DNA from: Candidatus Nanopelagicales bacterium
Lineage (GTDB): Bacteria; Actinomycetota; Actinomycetes; S36-B12
NCBI GenBank assembly: GCA_030830865.1
Contig: JAURME010000090.1
Location: 1-63,278, forward strand
DNA: 63,278 nucleotides
Direction of reading: 5' to 3'
Shown piece by piece: positions 1 to 7,457 of this stretch (position 1 is the stretch's first letter; each line of letters begins with the position of its first letter). Below the pieces are notes generated by a model. That model was not told the origin of the DNA. It saw nothing but the letters and a program-made list of their open reading frames with translations, and searched no databases. The position numbers and the translations under genes were made by a program.

Positions 1-201
1 ACGAACGATGCGATCAGCCTCGACGACTTCCGACCAGCGGGCCCGGTCGCGCTCGTGCTGGGCACCGAGGGGGACGGGATCTCCGACCGTGGCCTGGATT
101 CCGTCGACGTCCATGTGCGCATCCCGATGGCGGGCGGCGTCGACTCCCTCAACGTGGCGGCAGCGTCGGCGGTGGCGCTCTGGGCTCTCAGACACCCCTG
201 A
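1..201 (+). CDS. 3' end of a SpoU/TrmH-family RNA 2'-O-methyltransferase (5' part outside window)
   Basis: Frame 1 is open from base 1 to TGA 199-201: ...PVALVLGTEGDGISDRGLDSVDVHVRIPMAGGVDSLNVAAASAVALWALRHP. LGxExxG and IPM.G..SLNV are SpoU knot motifs. The listed ORF 8..223 is the wrong frame. Confidence 0.6.
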   Translation, partial: TNDAISLDDFRPAGPVALVLGTEGDGISDRGLDSVDVHVRIPMAGGVDSLNVAAASAVALWALRHP

Positions 202-223
202 TCGCTGCCGGGGCGCTGCGTGA

Positions 224-514
224 TCAGGTGAAGAGCGTGACGAGCAGGGCGATGACGCCGAACGCGAGGGCGAGTTCGATGACGAGCACGCCGATGCCCA
301 TGATTCTCAGGGGAGCCCGGTACTCGCCCGCGGCGTAATGGCCGGCCCGGCGAGCCACGGTCGTCAGGCGCGTGGCCTCCTTCATGGGGTTGCCCGAGGG
401 GTCGCGCTGGCTCCAGTAACCGCGCTCGGAACTCTGTCCCATGAGCGCAAACACCACGCCGAAGACCAGCAGGACGACGGCGATGGTCCAGAACACGAGG
501 GCGGCGATGCTCAT
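224..514 (-). CDS. small membrane protein, two predicted TM helices, unknown function
   Basis: 96-aa ORF with hydrophobic N- and C-terminal segments flanking a polar loop. No family recognised. Confidence 0.45.
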   Translation of the reverse strand: MSIAALVFWTIAVVLLVFGVVFALMGQSSERGYWSQRDPSGNPMKEATRLTTVARRAGHYAAGEYRAPLRIMGIGVLVIELALAFGVIALLVTLFT

Positions 515-618
515 CCCCGGACCCTATCTCTCGGGGCGGCCGGCAGGGGTGGGGTCGCTGATCATGAACGCCACAGGGATCCACAGCCATCGCCAGTGGG
601 CAATGCGTTCTCCTAGGG

Positions 619-1344
619 TCATCGGGCCCGACTCTCGCGTGCCCGATACCGAGTCAGGACGGTGCCCTCGTGCTCGATCACCTCGGAGAGGTGCAGGCGT
701 AGCGGAGGAGTGAACCCCCCGGTGCGGTTCACAAGGTGCTCGGGTGAGCCGACCAGTTGCGGGACGATCGTCAGGAGCAGCTCATCGACGCGATCTGCCT
801 CCAGCAGATCCGTGAACAGGGCGGGGCCGCCCTCGCAGAGCACGCGTCCCAGTCCGCACTCCGCCAGACGGTCGAGTGCCACGAGCAGGTTGACCGAATC
901 GGCGCCGCAGTCCACGAGGTCGGCCTCTGCTCTCAGCCAGTCCGGCGCCCCGGCGAGGGCCGTGCTGGTTGTCAGGATCATCGGGCGCACATGCTCGGGG
1001 CCGTGATCGGTGAACACGCGCAGCGTCGGGGCCAGATCCAGTCGTCCTGACACGATCGCCAGCGGCCGCGTGGACGGGCGGTAGTCCTCCGCGCGCAGGG
1101 TGCCCGCTCCGACGAGGACCACGTCGCTCAGCCGCCGGGCCAGGTGGAACACGGTTCGGTCGGCCTCGGTGCCGAGGGACCTGGACAGTCCCTCGGGCCC
1201 CACGATCGCCCCGTCGAGTGACATCACGAAGTTCACCCGCAACCACGTCGGGCCGGTCCACTGGTCAGGCTCCGGGATCGCATAAGCCTCGGCCAGGGCG
1301 CCCTGGTCAAGGGTTGCCATGGGGAGGGGATGGACGCGCTTCAC
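619..1344 (-). CDS. RibD C-terminal domain / dihydrofolate-reductase-like pyrimidine reductase family protein
   Basis: LRVNFVMSLDGA, VLVGAGTLRAEDY and LCEGGPALFTDLLEADRVDELLLTIVP are typical RibD_C blocks. Start uncertain (GTG 1344 or ATG 1320). Confidence 0.7.
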   Translation of the reverse strand: MKRVHPLPMATLDQGALAEAYAIPEPDQWTGPTWLRVNFVMSLDGAIVGPEGLSRSLGTEADRTVFHLARRLSDVVLVGAGTLRAEDYRPSTRPLAIVSGRLDLAPTLRVFTDHGPEHVRPMILTTSTALAGAPDWLRAEADLVDCGADSVNLLVALDRLAECGLGRVLCEGGPALFTDLLEADRVDELLLTIVPQLVGSPEHLVNRTGGFTPPLRLHLSEVIEHEGTVLTRYRARESRAR

Positions 1345-1482
1345 GAGACGATCGTGTCATGAGGGGGCTGTCCGACGGTCCCCTGACCTCCGTCCGACGA
1401 CGCCGAACCGTTTCGGCAGCGGGGCCATCTGCCGCCTCACGTCGCTTGCTGCCGAGCGACAGTCGATGGTTGGCTAATCGCC

Positions 1483-1761
1483 ATGACTCCTGAAGGCATC
1501 ATCAGCGCCCTTGTCGTCGGAACGATCATCGGCATCATCGCCCGGATCATCGTGCCCAGCATGCAGCCGATCGGCTGCATCATGACCATCCTGCTCGGCA
1601 TCGTCGGAGCGTTCGCGGGCATCTTCGTCGGCAACGCGATGGGATTCGGGCCCAGCACCGACAACTACAGCTTCTGGCTGGTCTTCATCGCCCAGATCGT
1701 CATCGCGGTCATCCTGGTGGGCATCACGGCCGCGATTTTCCGCAGGGGTACGGACGCCTGA
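1483..1761 (+). CDS. GlsB/YeaQ/YmgE (transglycosylase-associated) family stress membrane protein
   Basis: 92 aa, three hydrophobic helices, G-rich pattern IISALVVGTIIGIIAR...LLGIVGAFAGIFVG typical of the family. Confidence 0.7.
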   Translation: MTPEGIISALVVGTIIGIIARIIVPSMQPIGCIMTILLGIVGAFAGIFVGNAMGFGPSTDNYSFWLVFIAQIVIAVILVGITAAIFRRGTDA

Positions 1762-1785
1762 CACCGCGCCCCGGCTTGCCGTTGT

Positions 1786-1801
1786 ATACCCCATGGGGTA
1801 T
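1786..1801. promoter_or_regulatory. perfect 16-bp palindrome ATACCCCATGGGGTAT, candidate CsoR/RicR-type (DUF156 family) operator
   Basis: The sequence is its own reverse complement. It lies 45 bp upstream of the ATG at 1847. G/C tracts in inverted orientation flanked by ATA/TAT match my recollection of CsoR-family sites. Confidence 0.45.
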
Positions 1802-1846
1802 CCTTTCGGCGAGTCGTTGAACCACCACACTTCACAGGAGTCACCT

Positions 1847-1963
1847 ATGTGCAGCCCCGCTCTGTGCCGCCAGTGCAACAAGGTCACCTACACCGGTTGC
1901 GGTGAGCATGTCGAAGAGGTCCTGGCGATCTACACGCCCGAGGAGCGCTGCTCCTGCAGCTAG
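1847..1963 (+). CDS. 38-aa cysteine-rich micro-protein (6 Cys, 1 His), not in the ORF track
   Basis: ATG 1847 preceded by AGGAG (1836-1840), TAG 1961-1963. Translation: MCSPALCRQCNKVTYTGCGEHVEEVLAIYTPEERCSCS. Third-position GC appears high, like neighbouring genes. Confidence 0.55.
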   Translation: MCSPALCRQCNKVTYTGCGEHVEEVLAIYTPEERCSCS

Positions 1964-1988
1964 GAGCACCTCACGTCCCTGACCCCGG

Positions 1989-3629
1989 TCAGGATTGAAC
2001 GTCCCGTCGCCGCCAGCCCGCCATCCCCAGAATGGTGAGGAGGGCGGCGACGGTCGTCAGGGCCGCCATCGGGCCCCAGGTGAACTCCTGGCCGGGAAGC
2101 AGGGGGCTGTGGGCGCAGGGCGAGATGTCCAGCACCCAGGTGGGTAGCTGCCATAGCTGTCCGAACTCACCGAGCACGATGAAGGCCGCGAACAGGGCCC
2201 ACGCCGCGGGCATGGCCCTCGGGAGCCATCCGAACAGCAGGATGACGATGCCGGACATGACCCAGGCGGCGGGCAGATGGGCCGCGGCTGCGCCGACGAG
2301 CTCCGGGACGGCGGGATCTTCACCGCCGCTCGCCATCAGGTGACCCAGTGCGATCGCCGCCCCGCCGAGAAGGAGCAGCATCGCGACGCCGAGCAGGGCG
2401 ATGGCCGCATGTGCCCAGGCCCAGCGCAGCCGATGAGTGGACGTGGACAGGAGCAGATCCAGCCGCCCGGAGGACTCCTCCTGACGCAGCCGGAACAGTG
2501 CGCTGATCCCGTAGCCGGCGACCATGATCCCGAAGATGGAGACCTCGGCAGCGATGAAGGCGCTCACGAGGGCCTGCTCACCACCGAGCATGGTGATGAA
2601 CTCCCGCATCTCCTCGGTGTCCAGCAGGCCGGAGACGTTCTGGGCGATGGATCCGAGGACGAAGCCCATGACGACGACGGCAGCAGTCCACGCGATGAGC
2701 GGCCCGCGCTGCAGTCGCCACGCCAGGCCCGTGATTCCGTGGATGCGACCCACGGCGGGTCCTGGTCGATCCGGGAGCAGCCCGGACCCCAGATCACGGT
2801 GAGCGCGCAGGGTGAAGGCGATCGGCACGAGGACCACGACGGCAGCAAGGGAGATGGCGGCCACCCACCAGCGGTCGCCGGCGAAGGGGCGGATCTGCTG
2901 GCTCCAGCCGATCGGCGAGAGCCAGGACAGCCACCCGGGATCGCCCTCGGCAAGGTCACCGACGGCGCGAAGCACATAGGCGACGCCCACGGCCACGAGG
3001 CCGAGCCCGATCGTCACGCGTCGTGACACGGTCAGCTGCGCAGCCACGGCCGTTGCTGCGCTGAAGACGAGGGCGCTCACTGCCCAGGACAGGCCGAACG
3101 CTACGGAGCCCGGTGCGTCCAGTCCGGTGACGAGGAGTCCCACCGTCGTCAGCAGGCCGAGGGTCAGCGCCCCAACGCTCGCATAGAGCAGTGCTGCGGC
3201 GAGGGGTGCCGCTCGCCCGACGGCGCCGGCTGCGATCAGCTCCAATCGCCCGGATTCCTCCTCGCCCCGTGTGTGCCGTGCGATCAGGAACACGAACACG
3301 ATGCCCACGATCGCGGCGCCGAAGGCGGTCAACTTGATCAGGGAGAGGGCGCCCAGCGACGTCGGGACATAGACCTTTCCGTACAACGCCACCAGCGCCG
3401 CGGTGCTGTTGATCGCCTCGGACGCCTCGATCCGTGCCGCCTCGCTGGTGTACAGGCCTGCGGTGGCGGCCACGGAGGAGGCGACCATCACGGCCAGGCC
3501 CAGCACCCAGACGGTCAGGAGCACGCGGTCGCGACGAAGGGCGAAGCGCAGGAGATCACCCGTGCCGGTGAGCGCGTTGCCGCCGACCGCTCCGCGACTG
3601 GTCGGGGCCTGCGTCATGGTGGTGCTCAT
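1989..3629 (-). CDS. ABC-2 type exporter permease (about 12 TM)
   Basis: 546 aa, highly hydrophobic throughout. Start is 1 bp from the stop of the upstream ATPase gene. Confidence 0.75.
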   Translation of the reverse strand: MSTTMTQAPTSRGAVGGNALTGTGDLLRFALRRDRVLLTVWVLGLAVMVASSVAATAGLYTSEAARIEASEAINSTAALVALYGKVYVPTSLGALSLIKLTAFGAAIVGIVFVFLIARHTRGEEESGRLELIAAGAVGRAAPLAAALLYASVGALTLGLLTTVGLLVTGLDAPGSVAFGLSWAVSALVFSAATAVAAQLTVSRRVTIGLGLVAVGVAYVLRAVGDLAEGDPGWLSWLSPIGWSQQIRPFAGDRWWVAAISLAAVVVLVPIAFTLRAHRDLGSGLLPDRPGPAVGRIHGITGLAWRLQRGPLIAWTAAVVVMGFVLGSIAQNVSGLLDTEEMREFITMLGGEQALVSAFIAAEVSIFGIMVAGYGISALFRLRQEESSGRLDLLLSTSTHRLRWAWAHAAIALLGVAMLLLLGGAAIALGHLMASGGEDPAVPELVGAAAAHLPAAWVMSGIVILLFGWLPRAMPAAWALFAAFIVLGEFGQLWQLPTWVLDISPCAHSPLLPGQEFTWGPMAALTTVAALLTILGMAGWRRRDVQS

Positions 3630-3630
3630 G

Positions 3631-4515
3631 TCAGGTCCGGGCGTAATGCTGGAGGAAGAGGTCCTCGAGGGTGGGCGGGTGGCTCTGCAGTTCCACGACT
3701 CCGGCCTCGGCGAGGGCCGAGACGAACGCAGGCATCGCTCCGTTCTCGACCTGGGCCTGCACCTCGCCGTCGGAAATGGTGACGTCGTGGACGCCCGGGA
3801 TCTCCTGCAGTCCCGCCGGAACCCGGTGCAGTCGCGCGCTCACGGACGTGCGGGTGAGGTGACGCAGCTCGGCGAGGGTTCCGGACTCGACTGTCCGGCC
3901 GTCCTTGATGATGCTCACGCGATCACACAGGGCCTCTGCCTCACTCAGGATGTGGGACGACAGCAGAATCGTGCGTCCCTGGGCCCGCAGATCGTGCACG
4001 CAGGCACGGAAATTGGCCTCCATGATCGGGTCGAGGCCGGATGTCGGTTCGTCGAGCAGGTAGACGTCCGAGTCGCTCGCGAGTGCTGCGACGAGGGCGA
4101 CCTTCTGGCGATTTCCCTTGGAGTAGGTGCGGGTGCGCTTGCGGGGGTCGAGGTCGAACAGCTCGATGAGCTCGGCCCGACGAGCGGGATTGACCCCACC
4201 GTGCAATCGGCCGAGGAGTTCGAGGACCTCACCACCGGACAGTCCCGGCCACAGGGACACGTCACCCGGGACGTAGGACAGGCGCCGATGGATGGCCACG
4301 GCATCGTGCCAGGGGTCGTGACCGAGAATCGATGCTCGTCCGGCATCGGCCCGGAGCAGCCCGAGCAGGATGCGGAGCGTTGTGGTCTTTCCGGCGCCAT
4401 TGGGTCCGAGGAACGCGTGCACCTCGCCAGCCTCAACGGTCAGGTCAATCCCGTCCAAAGCGGTGGTGCTCCCGAACCGCTTGACCACGCCTTGGAGAGT
4501 GATCACCTCGTTCAC
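3631..4515 (-). CDS. ABC transporter ATP-binding protein (DrrA/CcmA-like)
   Basis: Walker A GPNGAGKTT, signature YSKGNRQK, Walker B VYLLDEPTSGLD, H-loop SSHIL. Confidence 0.9.
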   Translation of the reverse strand: MNEVITLQGVVKRFGSTTALDGIDLTVEAGEVHAFLGPNGAGKTTTLRILLGLLRADAGRASILGHDPWHDAVAIHRRLSYVPGDVSLWPGLSGGEVLELLGRLHGGVNPARRAELIELFDLDPRKRTRTYSKGNRQKVALVAALASDSDVYLLDEPTSGLDPIMEANFRACVHDLRAQGRTILLSSHILSEAEALCDRVSIIKDGRTVESGTLAELRHLTRTSVSARLHRVPAGLQEIPGVHDVTISDGEVQAQVENGAMPAFVSALAEAGVVELQSHPPTLEDLFLQHYART

Positions 4516-4560
4516 CCTTCGAGGGTAGACCTCACAGGCACACGATGACGGCTTGGCCAG

Positions 4561-4893
4561 TCACGACGAGAGATACCTGTCGAGGTCACGCACGTCGACA
4601 CGATGCATATGCATGGAAAGCAGCAGCCGCACCTGTTCTGGCGTCACCTGTGGTGCGACACCGCACGCCTGGCAGCGGGGCTGGACGGTCCGGGGGCCGT
4701 TCGCTCCGGGTGTAGTGCGGGCGGCGAGAAAGGTGCTGCCATCGTCCGCCTCCTTCACCTCGTAGAAGCGCCAGTGCTCACCTTGCGCGTAGAGCTCACC
4801 CGCCGATCGCATCCGGCCGTCATGATCGTCAGACGTGCACACGAAGGCGATGCGCGACTCGTCGCAGTCGGAAAAGCTGCAGGAATCACTCAC
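4561..4893 (-). CDS. hypothetical protein, first gene of the ABC exporter operon
   Basis: 110-aa ORF, same strand and 45 bp upstream of the ATPase gene. Several Cys including CQAC. No family recognised. Confidence 0.4.
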   Translation of the reverse strand: MSDSCSFSDCDESRIAFVCTSDDHDGRMRSAGELYAQGEHWRFYEVKEADDGSTFLAARTTPGANGPRTVQPRCQACGVAPQVTPEQVRLLLSMHMHRVDVRDLDRYLSS

Positions 4894-5048
4894 GGCACAC
4901 TCCTCTCGGATGACGTGACTGCTGCCCTTCAGGTTATGCCCACAGCCGCAGAAAGGAATCTTGAAAGAAGTGCTTCTCTCGCCAGGAGACCGGACCGACG
5001 ATCAACCCGGGCGGCCGACGCCTGCGACGGGGCGTGCCGTCCGCATTC

Positions 5049-5340
5049 GTCGACGTGGCCGGGCACCGCCAGGCGTGGGTCGATGAGGTGAGTCCTGATG
5101 AGGTCATCAAGGTCGTGTGTGATGCCGGGTGCCTGGCTGGTCGCGGTGGGTTCCCCTCCTGGCGGGATGCTCCGGTGCTGACTCGTCGGAGGTGAACCTG
5201 GCTGGCCGAGCTAGAGGTCGCAGTCACACTCGCGCAGCGCGGGCAGCAGTGCCACGAGCGTCTGTCATGGCACATCCCTCGCCGATGCCACCAGGGGCAG
5301 GTCTGCCTTGGGGGCCGTGATCGGCTGGCTGCTGGGTTGA
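5049..5340 (+). pseudogene. possible decayed remnant of a NuoF-like (GRGGAGFP / SAGQCGPC type) flavoprotein gene
   Basis: Two short reading frames. 5049-5195 gives ...SPDEVIKVVCDAGCLAGRGGFPSWRD. 5215-5340 gives ...RSAGSSATSVCHGTSLADAT.... They resemble the N-terminal GLRGRGGAGFP motif and the C-terminal ESAGQCGPCxxGLxxLA motif, with the roughly 900 bp that normally separates them missing. Motifs recalled from memory. Confidence 0.25.
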
Positions 5341-5410
5341 GATGGGGCCCTTGCTGGGAGTCGAGCGGTGGTCATTCTGGCGCGCGCGAACATCATGTGA
5401 AAGCACGAAA

Positions 5411-5429
5411 CCCCCTGCGCTGCAGGGGG
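5411..5429. terminator. GC-rich hairpin flanked by A/T runs, bidirectional terminator just 3' of tRNA-Val
   Basis: ccccctgc-gct-gcaggggg gives an 8-bp stem. It is flanked by gaaa on one side and ttt on the other. Confidence 0.6.
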
Positions 5430-5435
5430 TTTACA

Positions 5436-5511
5436 TGGTGGGCGATACAGGAATCGAACCTGTGACCTCTTCCGTGTCAAGGAAGCGCGCTAGCCCCTGC
5501 GCCAATCGCCC
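5436..5511 (-). tRNA. tRNA-Val(GAC), CCA encoded
   Basis: Reverse complement folds as GGGCGAT-TG-GCGC-AGGGGCTA-GCGC-G-CTTCC-TTGACAC-GGAAG-AGGTC-ACAGG-TTCGATT-CCTGT-ATCGCCC-A-CCA. Confidence 0.95.
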
Positions 5512-5560
5512 GTGGAACTCGGAGAAGACTACACGGTTACCAGTGCCCCTCTGACGCGGG

Positions 5561-6595
5561 TCAGGTAGCGCCAGCGATGGGGTGCTCGCCGGTGTCCTCC
5601 TCCTCCTTGGCAGCCGCATTGATGCGGTTGAGGTTCGACACGATCCCGCCGATCAGGGCGATCTGTGCTGTCTGGTCAGCCATGCGCACAGCCTCGTGTG
5701 CCTGAGTCCGTCCGATGGAGGTGGCCGGGTCCTCAGCAGCGATATTGGCGGCCGCCAAGGCCATGAGATCTGCAAGAGGGGTTGCCGCCGCCGGTGGAAT
5801 CGCCGCGGCGTCGCGGCCCGTCGCGCTCGCGAGGTCGGACGCGATGGACAGAAGGCGCGACGACATCGTGGTGGTTGCATCCAGGTCCTGCTTCAGGATG
5901 GCCAGGTCATCAGGATCGATCCGGGGGTCCCACTTGCGGTTGCGTGCGAGGTCATCCCATCGGGCGGCGAGCCCGATCGTCATGTTCCGGAGTTCGATCG
6001 ACGCCTCGCGCCAGGACTTTGCGGTGGAGCGGTCGGGTGCCTCGCGGAGTCCGTCAGACATCGATGCCAGGAGTGATGCGAGATCGTTCTTGAGTGAGTC
6101 GAGATCGGCGCGCAGGTTTCGGGTGTCCTTGCTCGGAGAGGTCACGGCGGATGCCGCGAGTGCGCACAGTGCTCCGACCACGACCCCCGTGAAGCGTTCG
6201 ATGGCGAGCTCGGTCGTGAAGTGGGTGCCCACGACGAGGATGACTGTGACGGCCATGCCTGCTGCGACGAAGGGGGAGTCGTCAGGGGAAGCGAGACGAA
6301 GGGCTCGGGCGAGGAAGAAGCAGAGCAGCACGAGAAGGAAGATCACGAAGGGACCGGTGCCGAGGAAGGAGACGATGATCAGGGCGATCGTCGCTCCCAG
6401 CAGGGCGCCGAGGATCTGGAAGACGGTTTCCTTCGCCGCGTGATGGAACGTCGCCCGGGTGGCCACGGCCGCTGTGATGGCGGCAGGGATCGCATCGACG
6501 TGCGGGGTGGCCAGGCCGATCGAATAGGCGGCCACCGTGGCCACCGAGGTGAACACGGCGAGGCGCACGTATCCGCTCGTCCAAAGACCGGTCAT
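5561..6595 (-). CDS. FUSC / aromatic-acid-exporter family membrane protein
   Basis: 344 aa. N-terminal half has about 5 TM helices; C-terminal half is a soluble coiled region rich in D/L/A, the usual FUSC-like layout. Confidence 0.6.
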   Translation of the reverse strand: MTGLWTSGYVRLAVFTSVATVAAYSIGLATPHVDAIPAAITAAVATRATFHHAAKETVFQILGALLGATIALIIVSFLGTGPFVIFLLVLLCFFLARALRLASPDDSPFVAAGMAVTVILVVGTHFTTELAIERFTGVVVGALCALAASAVTSPSKDTRNLRADLDSLKNDLASLLASMSDGLREAPDRSTAKSWREASIELRNMTIGLAARWDDLARNRKWDPRIDPDDLAILKQDLDATTTMSSRLLSIASDLASATGRDAAAIPPAAATPLADLMALAAANIAAEDPATSIGRTQAHEAVRMADQTAQIALIGGIVSNLNRINAAAKEEEDTGEHPIAGAT

Positions 6596-6689
6596 AGGTC
6601 GATTGTGTCACTCGATTCGGACGGGATTGTCCTTACCGTGGTGGGGTCGAGCGACGATCCGATCGCTCACGGGGTGTTGGGAGGGTGTC

Positions 6690-7184
6690 ATGAGCGATCG
6701 CAGGGGAAGCACAGGAGCCAGGCTGGCAGTGGCAGCGCTTGCCGTACCGGGTCTGGTGCTCATAGGGGCTGGAGCGAGCGCGGCAGCGGGAGAGCAGTTC
6801 ACGAACGACACGCTTCCCGGCAAGGTGAATCTGAATGAGAATCAGTCGGCGACGGTGAAACTGACGACGCCGGACGGTTTCAACTGCTCCAACTGGATCG
6901 TGCGCAAGGTTGGGCAGAAGCGCGCATCGGTGGACGTGATGCCACCGGCGTCCTTTGCGGGGTGCACCAATGCGACGGAACTTACCTTCACTGTGGCCGT
7001 GCCGGAGGGCTACACGAAGAAGGCGAACGTCGTCGTGAAGTTCAAGGTCACCAACACTGACGGCACCGCGAAGGCTGTGGAGACTCTCGTGGTGAAGGTG
7101 AACAGCGGTGCTGCGCCGCAGACCGGCAAGCCGACTGCCAAGCCGACGAAGCCGGCGAAGCCTGCGAAGGGTGACCCGCAATAG
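6690..7184 (+). CDS. secreted protein of unknown function with Lys/Pro-rich tail
   Basis: Internal ATG 6690 follows GGGAGGG. Signal peptide MSDRRGSTGARLAVAALAVPGLVLIGAGASAAA, a beta-rich body, and a PQTGKPTAKPTKPAKPAKGDPQ tail. Confidence 0.55.
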   Translation: MSDRRGSTGARLAVAALAVPGLVLIGAGASAAAGEQFTNDTLPGKVNLNENQSATVKLTTPDGFNCSNWIVRKVGQKRASVDVMPPASFAGCTNATELTFTVAVPEGYTKKANVVVKFKVTNTDGTAKAVETLVVKVNSGAAPQTGKPTAKPTKPAKPAKGDPQ

Positions 7185-7201
7185 CGCTGCCAGGAGCGGA
7201 G

Positions 7202-7275
7202 TGGAGGTGGAGACGGGATTTGAACCCGTGTAGACGGCTTTGCAGGCCGTTGCCTCGCCTCTCGGCCACTCCACC
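7202..7275 (-). tRNA. tRNA-Cys(GCA), CCA encoded
   Basis: Reverse complement: GGTGGAG..ACGGC-CTGCAAA-GCCGT..ACGGG-TTCAAAT-CCCGT-CTCCACC-T-CCA. Confidence 0.95.
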
Positions 7276-7312
7276 AGGAGCTGCGCCAGCCCAACGGGCC
7301 AGGCACCATGCG

Positions 7313-7385
7313 AGCGGACGACGGGATTCGAACCCGCGACCCTCACCTTGGCAAGGTGATGCGCTACCAGCTGCGCTACGTCCGC
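7313..7385 (-). tRNA. tRNA-Gly(GCC)
   Basis: Reverse complement: GCGGACG-TA-GCGC-AGCTGGTA-GCGC-A-TCACC-TTGCCAA-GGTGA-GGGTC-GCGGG-TTCGAAT-CCCGT-CGTCCGC-T. Confidence 0.95.
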
Positions 7386-7457
7386 ATGTGTTGAACGAGG
7401 TTGAACCATAGCCCACGACCCGTCCGGGGTGCGAATCCGCCCCGCATCGGCAGGTCG

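Noticed and set aside
8-223. Listed ORF 8..223(+) as the first gene.
   Set aside because: Frame 1 (1..201) gives a clean SpoU/TrmH C-terminus. The listed frame gives Arg/Ser/Trp-rich nonsense.
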